Below are positions 52,589 to 58,931 of a stretch of DNA of 64,000 bases, one piece after another. The notes under the pieces are model-generated. The model saw nothing but the letters and a program-made list of their open reading frames with translations, ran no database searches and was not told where the DNA came from. Every line of letters begins with the position of its first letter. Position 1 is the stretch's first letter. Source of the stretch: Victivallales bacterium (GTDB lineage: Bacteria; Verrucomicrobiota; Lentisphaeria; Victivallales; JAUVCU01); the NCBI GenBank assembly GCA_029934175.1, contig JAOZMT010000001.1, positions 19,286 to 83,285 of the forward strand. Reading direction: 5' to 3'. A program made the translations under genes and the position numbers.

Positions 52589-52840
52589 GGACCTAACTTT
52601 TGTGGAAAAAATCCTAGGCCGCTTCAATAAAGTTAGTTCACTTCAATAAACTTAAAGCACTTCAATAATGTTAGGTCGGCCTAACATTCTCCAAAGAAAG
52701 TTAGATTATGTAAAAAAATGTCAAGATTGCTAAACAAAGTTAGGCCCAGAAAACTTTGTTAGACGGCCTAAGAATGTCTATTGGAACTAACAAAGTTAGT
52801 CCAGGCATCTTCCGAACTAACTTTGTCTAATGGGCCTAAC
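52589..52840. repeat. iteron cluster C, including 3 x 19-bp tandem units CTTCAATAA-N-GTTAGKYC
   Basis: Units at 52622-52640, 52641-52659 and 52660-52678. Additional GTTAGKYC / RGNCTAAY copies and the near-palindrome GGAACTAACAAAGTTAGTCC are present. Confidence 0.85.
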
Positions 52841-52989
52841 ATTTGACAATTTATTATACTTTTGTGTCAATTTTGGCATATGTGTCAATTTAACACGCAC
52901 ACAACATAAGTATATTAAAGATATCCTTAATATATCTATGTTTTAATGTTGGCATAATGTTTGCATTAAATCCTAAGTGGGAGGCAAGG

Positions 52990-53133
52990 ATGAGGAAAAT
53001 AGCGGGGAATTTAACATATAAGGAGGCCATAGACCTTGTCTCTGAATTGTGGGGACAAGGTCTATATGAAGATGTAGACCTTATAAAGGCCAAGGATGGC
53101 CTTTATGAGGTTTATGTCTTAGATATTGACTAA
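52990..53133 (+). CDS. 47-aa hypothetical protein
   Basis: Not in the track. GGGAGG RBS. Preferred over the antisense track ORF 52890-53093. Confidence 0.45.
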   Translation: MRKIAGNLTYKEAIDLVSELWGQGLYEDVDLIKAKDGLYEVYVLDID

Positions 53134-53149
53134 AAAAGGAGGTGATAAA

Positions 53150-53341
53150 ATGAAAGTCCGCATCACAAAAAAACTATTGGCAGAGGTTCCTCAGGAAGTT
53201 AAAGAGATGTATCTTTTTTATAAAAAGTGCGTGGAGGAAGATTATAGAAGATACGGGTCCCCTGGCATTGGCGTTTATGCTTTGTACAAGTCCAGTAGGA
53301 GTAGAGTTATTGAAATTTTAAAACAAAAAAAATTAATTTGA
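53150..53341 (+). CDS. hypothetical protein
   Basis: The start was moved to the AGGAGG-supported ATG at 53150. Confidence 0.6.
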   Translation: MKVRITKKLLAEVPQEVKEMYLFYKKCVEEDYRRYGSPGIGVYALYKSSRSRVIEILKQKKLI

Positions 53342-53354
53342 AAGGAGGCAAAGA

Positions 53355-53486
53355 TGTACAAATTAATCAAATTAGATGTCTTCAAAGGCTTGGCAATAGT
53401 GGAAAGATTAAAGGATAACAAGACATTTGTAATTAACATTTACGTTTTAAATTTCCTAGCAAGTAACAAGCTATTAGTAAGCTAAG
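53355..53486 (+). CDS. 43-aa hypothetical protein
   Basis: Not in the track. AGGAGG RBS. Confidence 0.45.
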
Positions 53487-53497
53487 GAGGTGATAGA

Positions 53498-53680
53498 ATG
53501 AAATTGATAATTAAAGGCTTAGGATGGAATACAAGCTTAAATGTTAGGATTCATAATAAAGACGTAGTGATTAATAAAAACGATTTTGAAAAATTCTTAA
53601 AAATCTTAGCTTATACCCACGATATCATAAGTGGGGGGTTTGACTATGAATTTAAGGAGGTGATGAATAATGAAAAATAA
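53498..53680 (+). CDS. hypothetical protein
   Basis: 60-aa ORF with an AGGAGG RBS. Confidence 0.55.
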   Translation: MKLIIKGLGWNTSLNVRIHNKDVVINKNDFEKFLKILAYTHDIISGGFDYEFKEVMNNEK

Positions 53681-54011
53681 AATTTATATGTTAAATGCTA
53701 TTAGTCTTAACTTAGTCAATACTGATAAAGTAGATTTTTTTATGGTGAAGACGTCAATTGAAAGTGCCAAGGAATGGATGAAAGGAAAAACGGCTATTAG
53801 TGCTGTACGTCATGATCTCCAACACTTTGCTAGGGAAATAGCAAAGGATGCAAAGGAGTATAAAGAGGTTTCTGAGTTAAAGCTTGATACACCAATGGCT
53901 TATAATACCGTGGTAATACAGTATAAAGGTCCTAGATTGCCAGAAGGTGCAACAACATTGCCTCCTAATGCCAAATTGGAAATTTGGGAAGGTATCATTA
54001 GAGTATATTAA
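53670..54011 (+). CDS. DUF1874 / STIV-B116-like protein
   Basis: The pattern IYMLNAISLN .. ISAVRHD.. .. VVIQYKGPRLPEGATTLP resembles the DUF1874 family (G.RLPEG motif). The call comes from motif recall only. Confidence 0.45.
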   Translation: MKNKIYMLNAISLNLVNTDKVDFFMVKTSIESAKEWMKGKTAISAVRHDLQHFAREIAKDAKEYKEVSELKLDTPMAYNTVVIQYKGPRLPEGATTLPPNAKLEIWEGIIRVY

Positions 54012-54018
54012 ATTTTAA

Positions 54019-54057
54019 TTGGCATAGGGTTATTAATCCCTATGCCAATTTTTTTTT
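54019..54057 (+). terminator. rho-independent terminator
   Basis: Stem TTGGCATAGGG / CCCTATGCCAA, an 8-nt loop, then T9. The stem shares the GGCATAGG core with terminator 52471. Confidence 0.8.
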
Positions 54058-54091
54058 GTTCTGATTCATTAACTATATGGGAATCTTAAAT

Positions 54092-54346
54092 GTTAGGCCG
54101 ACCTATTATTTTAAATTTAAATGTCTAATTGACCTAATTTATGCCACTAAAATATAGTTAAACTCTACATCAAATAAAGTTAGGTCTATGCTAAATATTA
54201 AATTTAATATTTCTGTCTCACTAGACAATGTTAGATAGACCTAACAATTCCAGAAAAGGTAGGTGAATAAAGGGAAATAAAGCAATTGGCATGATTATTG
54301 CATAAGAAAATGTTAAGATATCTAAACAACGTTTAATGGGCCTAAC
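54092..54346. repeat. iteron cluster D
   Basis: gttaggccgacctat 54092, tgtctaattgacctaat 54122, aagttaggtc ~54178, gttagatagacctaac ~54229 and cgtttaatgggcctaac 54330. Confidence 0.7.
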
Positions 54347-54650
54347 ATATGCAATTTCCGTGCCAAGATAAACTGCATGCAAAAAATGTGCCAAAAGCAA
54401 AAAAACATTGGAAAAATGGGCGTTTTTTTCAGAAGTGCACGGGGGGCGGGCTGGCGACTTAGGCTCATTCTAAAATATATTTCATTTTTCCATTTTTTCC
54501 CTATTTCTTTTTTTTCTAGAACCTTTTCCAATTATAAATACATACTTGCCCACCAGAATGATGGGCAAGTGGAGGCATGGAGATGATGAAGGTGGCTAGA
54601 GAGCTATATATATTATAATACTTAATTTTCAAAAAGTCAATACCTTAATA

Positions 54651-54722
54651 TTAATCACTACCATATACGAAAATTAGAATGAAAATTAAAAGACATACAT
54701 ATGCTGTTATTGCTTCTGTCAT
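54651..54722 (-). CDS. 23-aa hydrophobic micro-protein (MTEAITAYVCLLIFILIFVYGSD)
   Basis: Not in the track. GGAGT RBS 8 nt upstream. Tandem paralogue of 54764-54838. Confidence 0.4.
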   Translation of the reverse strand: MTEAITAYVCLLIFILIFVYGSD

Positions 54723-54763
54723 ATTTTATCACTCCTTTTTTTAATTTTTAAAAAGTCCTTGAA

Positions 54764-54838
54764 TTAATCATTGCCATATATGAAAAGTAAAATTAAACCA
54801 TATATAAAAAGTAAAATTAAGATATATGTTTCTATCAT
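54764..54838 (-). CDS. 24-aa hydrophobic micro-protein (MIETYILILLFIYGLILLFIYGND)
   Basis: Not in the track. GGAGT RBS 7 nt upstream. It starts 20 nt downstream of the tRNA 3' end. Confidence 0.4.
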   Translation of the reverse strand: MIETYILILLFIYGLILLFIYGND

Positions 54839-54857
54839 TTTTTTACTCCTTCTTTAG

Positions 54858-54947
54858 CGGAGGGAGCAGGATTCGAACCTGCGAGAGCCCTTTTGGGACT
54901 CCAGCGGTTTTCAAGACCGCCGCCTTTAACCACTCGGCCACCCCTCC
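54858..54947 (-). tRNA. tRNA-Ser (anticodon UGA)
   Basis: The reverse complement folds as a cloverleaf.
- Acceptor stem GGAGGGG/TCCCTCC (one G-U).
- D arm GCC-GAGTGGTTAAA-GGC.
- Anticodon stem GCGGT/ACCGC with loop CTTGAAA.
- Long variable arm.
- T arm GCAGG-TTCGAAT-CCTGC.
- Discriminator G; no encoded CCA. Confidence 0.93.
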
Positions 54948-54988
54948 AAGGCAAGACCCGCTACGCAGTTCTTGCCTATGCAATTTTT

Positions 54989-55249
54989 CTAGAACCTTTT
55001 TCTTATCGGCCTTCTATAAATAATCTCATCTATCTTTTTCAATTGTTCTTTGGTCAATTTTGGATAATGGTCTTTTGGCAATTCAATATCTATGTCTAGT
55101 TTTGATTCTTGTTCTTTCCAATTTAAATATATAGCATACATTAGGATTAGTAAAGTAATTGGCCAAAAGGCAAATGAAATTGTTAATAAGACTGCTATTA
55201 GGAAGAATAGGGCCATGCCGCCTGCTATTAATCCAAAAATTGTTGTCAT
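54989..55249 (-). CDS. membrane protein (2 TM)
   Basis: 86 aa. ATGA overlap with the upstream ORF. Followed by the hairpin GGCAAGA/TCTTGCC (54950-54976) just before the tRNA. Confidence 0.6.
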   Translation of the reverse strand: MTTIFGLIAGGMALFFLIAVLLTISFAFWPITLLILMYAIYLNWKEQESKLDIDIELPKDHYPKLTKEQLKKIDEIIYRRPIRKRF

Positions 55250-55443
55250 TTTATTCCAATGTATTCAAATAATAATTTTTTATATTTTTTAAATGAATAG
55301 AAGCCATAGCAAAAGCCACAGGAGAAAAAATAATAAAGTTTGCCTTTTTCAATATGCCAGTTCCAAGGCCAAAAGAAAATTATTTCATCGCTATAATAGT
55401 TGAAATGAATTCCAAATTGGCTTATGCCCAAATATTTTATCAT
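55246..55443 (-). CDS. hypothetical aromatic-rich small protein
   Basis: 65 aa, with ATGA coupling at both ends. Confidence 0.5.
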   Translation of the reverse strand: MIKYLGISQFGIHFNYYSDEIIFFWPWNWHIEKGKLYYFFSCGFCYGFYSFKKYKKLLFEYIGIK

Positions 55444-55754
55444 TGTGTTAATTCCCTAAATTTTTTCATAGCTTTTTTGAAATTGCTAGTTCGTTTGATG
55501 ATTCCCTTGTTTCTGTGGTAGATTACATAAATGTCACGGGCGAAACGTCGATTTATTTTGTATAAACTGTAATATCCAATTCGTTTAATCAATATGATTT
55601 TGCTATGTTTTGCTGAGTGAGAATTTCGTGTACCAAAATATACAGTTAAAGGCATCGATGTACTAATACTACCGCCAGTATAACAATTAGCAAAGATAGT
55701 TCCAGACCAAAGGAAATTTAAAAGAATAGCTATAATTATAATTATTTTTTTCAT
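55440..55754 (-). CDS. secreted/periplasmic small protein
   Basis: N-terminal signal-like MKKIIIIIAILLNFLWSGTIFA. 104 aa. Confidence 0.6.
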   Translation of the reverse strand: MKKIIIIIAILLNFLWSGTIFANCYTGGSISTSMPLTVYFGTRNSHSAKHSKIILIKRIGYYSLYKINRRFARDIYVIYHRNKGIIKRTSNFKKAMKKFRELTQ

Positions 55755-55755
55755 T

Positions 55756-55857
55756 TTAAAATCTCCACCAAAAAAGTAAAAAATCTAATACTTCGTCTCC
55801 TGTTATTGTATCATCATCATTTGTATCTTTTAATATTTTTTCTTCAAAATTTTTCAT
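55756..55857 (-). CDS. 33-aa acidic micro-protein with a hydrophobic tail (MKNFEEKILKDTNDDDTITGDEVLDFLLFWWRF)
   Basis: Not in the track. AGGAG RBS 8 nt upstream. Its stop lies 1 nt before the next start. Resembles 58672-58782. Confidence 0.45.
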   Translation of the reverse strand: MKNFEEKILKDTNDDDTITGDEVLDFLLFWWRF

Positions 55858-55885
55858 TTAGAAACTCCTATAATCTTTTCTTATA

Positions 55886-55913
55886 ATATAAGCATTATTT
55901 CGGCTTATGTCAA
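55886..55913 (-). promoter_or_regulatory. promoter TTGACA-N13-TGCTTATAT (leftward)
   Basis: Same architecture as the conserved early promoter. Divergent from the promoter at 55980. Confidence 0.55.
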
Positions 55914-55979
55914 GTCTTAATTTTGATATTGACTTTATGCAAAAAATAATTTACATATTAGAAAAAAAATTATAGACTA

Positions 55980-56007
55980 TTGACTTTTCGATTAGAAATG
56001 ATTATAT
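55980..56007 (+). promoter_or_regulatory. conserved promoter TTGACT-N13-TGATTATAT (rightward)
   Basis: TTGACTtttcgattagaaaTGATTATAT. A second TTGACT at 55929 lies upstream. Confidence 0.6.
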
Positions 56008-56028
56008 TTTATAAAAAAGGAGGTTAAA

Positions 56029-56214
56029 ATGGACAGAGAATTAATAGAAAAAATAGATGAATTGGAAAAAAGAATAAGTAAAATTGATGAAAGGACATAT
56101 AGAATTTGGCAAAAATTATGTGAACTATTTAGAGAAGTAAAGGATGCAAAGCTTGAACATAAACAGATAATAAAATTAATAGAAATTTATGGCCCATCGC
56201 CAAGTCCTTTTTAA
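56029..56214 (+). CDS. small coiled-coil protein
   Basis: 61-aa ORF with an AGGAGG RBS. Confidence 0.6.
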   Translation: MDRELIEKIDELEKRISKIDERTYRIWQKLCELFREVKDAKLEHKQIIKLIEIYGPSPSPF

Positions 56215-56237
56215 TATTGCATGAAAGGAGGTATTAA

Positions 56238-56582
56238 ATGTTTTGGTTAATTCTTGCAATAGCGTGTACAGGTTTGTTTGCTTATGAATCCATTATAAAG
56301 AAATATGGAATTATTATCTGTTTTGCTAGCATTATAGGCTGGATGGCAGGTCCTTACATGATAGTAAAAGGTATATGGACATATCCTGATTTGCTATGCC
56401 AACTTAAGAAAATAGAATTACTCGAAAAAGAGAAGGCAGATATTGGACTTATTAATGTAGCCAAATTCAAATATAATCAATTGCTCAAAGAAGCTCGTTT
56501 TCATAAAACAAATCGCAATTCCTTAATTTTTAAACATGGTTATTTCATCTCTGACAAAATATTTGAACTAGATTATAAATAA
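56238..56582 (+). CDS. 2-TM membrane protein, tandem paralogue 1
   Basis: MFWLILAIACTGLF.. with C-terminal AR.HK.N......HG.FIS..IF.L, shared with the next ORF. AGGAGG RBS. Confidence 0.65.
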   Translation: MFWLILAIACTGLFAYESIIKKYGIIICFASIIGWMAGPYMIVKGIWTYPDLLCQLKKIELLEKEKADIGLINVAKFKYNQLLKEARFHKTNRNSLIFKHGYFISDKIFELDYK

Positions 56583-56593
56583 GGAGGTATAAA

Positions 56594-56974
56594 ATGTTTT
56601 GGCCATTATTTTTTGTAATTTGTATTTTAATTATGTCAAAATGTACCATTGGTTCTATATTGGATAAAAAACCATTACGATGGATTGGATTTGTAGCTTG
56701 TATAGGAATGCTTGCAGGTTTCACAGCAACGGTTGTGTTATTTGCAGATGGATTCACCACTTATAAAATACTAGTTCATAAGCTTAATAAAATACAAACA
56801 TTGACTATCAAGGGTGATACTGAAGCGGCCATACAAGTAAAAGCCGATTATATTTGCCGATTGACAAGAGCCCGTTATTATAAATCGAATCCATATATAG
56901 AATTTTTCACTCATGGTTCTTTCATTTCAAATGATATATTTAAACTACCAACATTTGGAGTAAAATATGATTGA
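56594..56974 (+). CDS. 2-TM membrane protein, tandem paralogue 2
   Basis: MFWPLFFVICILIM.. with the same C-terminal pattern. AGGAGG RBS. Confidence 0.65.
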   Translation: MFWPLFFVICILIMSKCTIGSILDKKPLRWIGFVACIGMLAGFTATVVLFADGFTTYKILVHKLNKIQTLTIKGDTEAAIQVKADYICRLTRARYYKSNPYIEFFTHGSFISNDIFKLPTFGVKYD

Positions 56975-56998
56975 TATCATCTTGTTTTACTAAATCTT

Positions 56999-57958
56999 TT
57001 ATAAATCATTAGCCAAAATTCTACTTCTTCTCGGTAAAAACCACCTATTATACCAATACTCCAAATTGTCTTTCAATGACAATAAAGTTTCACAAACATA
57101 AACACCACGAACTAATTTAGGAATTTTGAATGATAATTTGATTCCAGCTTCCTGTAAGTGATCATACATCCTAATTACATGTTCCGCCAATGCAGTCTTT
57201 TTTATTTTCCTATGTGGAAAATGTTTTTTGTAAAGTTTTTGAATTTCTTCTATGCATTCTTCAGGTAAGACTGAGTGTAAACCTTCTGTTAGTCCAAGAT
57301 ATTTCAAATTTCTCACTCTATTATACAATGATGATTTTCCAAATACAGAAGTTGTAAAGACTGCCTCTATATCAGTTCCATATTTTTCATTGAATATATT
57401 GATTATTTCTTTGCTTAATGCTACAAATACAGCTAATTTCCCAGAAAGGAATTTGGTTAATATTCCAAAACTGATGCAAACGGATAAATCAACAATTTTT
57501 TTATTAATAAATGAAAAATTAATTTTACCATATTTATTTTTAATCCATTCGGCTAATTGTTTATTCAAAACAGGTGAGCCATATTGTATATATGCCAATG
57601 GAATATTATCATGATATACAAGCAAATCTAATTGTCTTCCCACTCTACCTTTATAATACATAGATGATATATTGTTAATGAATAATCTTTTTGGAAAAGG
57701 CAAATCATATTCTTTAACTATAATTTTGTTTATATCAAAGGAATTGATTAGAGATTCTTGTAGTTTTGATATATTATTTAACCATACTTTTATTCGTGAA
57801 TCTTGTTTTTTAAATTGATTATAATATTCACGTTGTTCTTCTTTTGTTGATATTTCTTCTTTAATAATAGGTTTTTCATATATTGAGAATGAATACTTAA
57901 CTTTTTTTCTAACTATCTTATCTTTTGGCTTGCTTTTTATTAAATTGAAATAATGCAT
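56999..57958 (-). CDS. DUF4338-like protein (the family that includes Druantia DruA)
   Basis: The ordered pattern GR.GRQLDLLVYH...PLAYIQYGSP .. LS.K.LA .. KYGTDIEAVFTTSVFGKSSLYNRV.NLKYLGLTEG resembles the DUF4338 consensus (GR.lRyLv, ETFVd...f.GtcYkAaNW..lG.T.G). Motif recall only. Confidence 0.4.
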   Translation of the reverse strand: MHYFNLIKSKPKDKIVRKKVKYSFSIYEKPIIKEEISTKEEQREYYNQFKKQDSRIKVWLNNISKLQESLINSFDINKIIVKEYDLPFPKRLFINNISSMYYKGRVGRQLDLLVYHDNIPLAYIQYGSPVLNKQLAEWIKNKYGKINFSFINKKIVDLSVCISFGILTKFLSGKLAVFVALSKEIINIFNEKYGTDIEAVFTTSVFGKSSLYNRVRNLKYLGLTEGLHSVLPEECIEEIQKLYKKHFPHRKIKKTALAEHVIRMYDHLQEAGIKLSFKIPKLVRGVYVCETLLSLKDNLEYWYNRWFLPRRSRILANDL

Positions 57959-58114
57959 TACTTATTTAAGTTAAAAGGATGCTATTTTTAGCATTTTTCA
58001 GAAAGGAATCTATTATTATACAAGGTTTTGCTTTTTTTACACTTTTTACCTTTGCTCGTACATACTGTTTTCTTATTGGTGGAATCTTTACAATGACATC
58101 TTTCTCATAATAAT

Positions 58115-58525
58115 TTAAAAATTTAAATAGTCTTTTGCCCATTTAATCTTAGCTTTTTGGTTATTTTTTGGTGAAACTAAGCGAAGTGTTATAGCTGCTC
58201 TGCCTTGCTCGAATTCTTTAGAAGGTATATAATAACACTTATCAGTTGTTTCATCGTAAACAGCTATCCAATCGACAGTTTGTGAAGTATATTTTTTTGT
58301 TTTCCAATTATTAGTGGATCTACAAGAAACTATTATCGTTCTTCCATCTGATTTTACATATTTACATTGTAATCTCTCGAATTTTCCATTTTTTTCATCT
58401 TTCAGTACTAGCAGATCGAAATCCCAATCCTCACCATAAGGTATAGCTACTTTATAGCCTTTTTTTAATATGTCCGACATAATGGCAATTTCACCCATGT
58501 ATCCCTTTTGTTTTGATAAACCCAT
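58115..58525 (-). CDS. PD-(D/E)xK endonuclease (PF11645-like)
   Basis: KGYMGEIAI..DILKKGYKVAIPYGED.DFDLLV......FERLQCKYV fits the G.E ... D ... Q.K nuclease core. The ATG at 58525 with an AGGTGA RBS is preferred over the GTG at 58534. Confidence 0.6.
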   Translation of the reverse strand: MGLSKQKGYMGEIAIMSDILKKGYKVAIPYGEDWDFDLLVLKDEKNGKFERLQCKYVKSDGRTIIVSCRSTNNWKTKKYTSQTVDWIAVYDETTDKCYYIPSKEFEQGRAAITLRLVSPKNNQKAKIKWAKDYLNF

Positions 58526-58534
58526 ATTCTTCAC

Positions 58535-58672
58535 CTATAATTGAGCTACGCTGGCCAACTTATTTCTAATTTTTGACATGATGCCATTTCTCTTAGGAAA
58601 GACAATATAAAACACTCCTAATGGAATATCGTAATATTCCGATATCATCATTAATTCAAATAGTGATTTCAT
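58535..58672 (-). CDS. 45-aa micro-protein
   Basis: Not in the track. Its start overlaps the upstream stop (TAATG). Sequence MKSLFELMMISEYYDIPLGVFYIVFPKRNGIMSKIRNKLASVAQL. Confidence 0.4.
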   Translation of the reverse strand: MKSLFELMMISEYYDIPLGVFYIVFPKRNGIMSKIRNKLASVAQL

Positions 58673-58782
58673 TAGAAGATTCCAAATAATATTGGAATGA
58701 TTCGTGTTACATCATCCAATGTATCTTGATCATCATCATTGTCATCATCCCGCAGTACTCTTATAATCTTATCTTCTAACAT
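58672..58782 (-). CDS. 36-aa acidic micro-protein with a hydrophobic tail (MLEDKIIRVLRDDDNDDDQDTLDDVTRIIPILFGIF)
   Basis: Not in the track. GGAGG RBS 8 nt upstream. Confidence 0.45.
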   Translation of the reverse strand: MLEDKIIRVLRDDDNDDDQDTLDDVTRIIPILFGIF

Positions 58783-58797
58783 ATTTTTAACCTCCTA

Positions 58798-58929
58798 TCA
58801 AATAATTATCTTTTTTTTATCATAGCCAATTGGAATTCCTATAGGGCCTTTGCCTTTGCCACGGCCCAAGCCTCTCCCTTTACCTTTACTTCTAATTTTT
58901 GATCCTGGACATTTCTTTTTCTTTGCCAT
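58798..58929 (-). CDS. 43-aa highly basic Gly/Lys/Arg-rich micro-protein (MAKKKKCPGSKIRSKGKGRGLGRGKGKGPIGIPIGYDKKKIII)
   Basis: Not in the track. The ATG lies 2 nt after the methyltransferase stop (TAAAAATG). Confidence 0.4.
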   Translation of the reverse strand: MAKKKKCPGSKIRSKGKGRGLGRGKGKGPIGIPIGYDKKKIII

Positions 58930-58931
58930 TT

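Noticed and set aside
51135-52860. Whether the 19-bp-period repeat arrays are a CRISPR array.
   Set aside because: The repeat cores are only ~10 nt and the 'spacers' ~9 nt. Copies occur in both orientations, and no cas genes or leader are present. This is not CRISPR architecture.
52890-53093. - strand track ORF of 67 aa.
   Set aside because: It has no RBS and lies antisense in an otherwise rightward block. The + strand 47-aa ORF 52990-53133 with a GGGAGG RBS is preferred, though neither ORF is proven.
54322-54586. Mutually antisense track ORFs 54322-54531 (-) and 54377-54586 (+).
   Set aside because: They overlap each other and run through the GC-rich island and the polypyrimidine tract. 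They have no RBS and an implausible composition. The region is treated as non-coding.
54858-54947. Whether the tRNA-Ser marks a prophage-host junction (attL/attR).
   Set aside because: The tRNA is complete. Phage-type genes with the same promoter and RBS style continue on both sides. No integrase or partial tRNA duplicate is visible in the window. An att core nearby cannot be excluded.
54826-55099. Track ORFs 54826-55023 and 54893-55099.
   Set aside because: They are read straight through the tRNA-Ser gene on the opposite strand. Their open frames are due to the GC-rich tRNA sequence.
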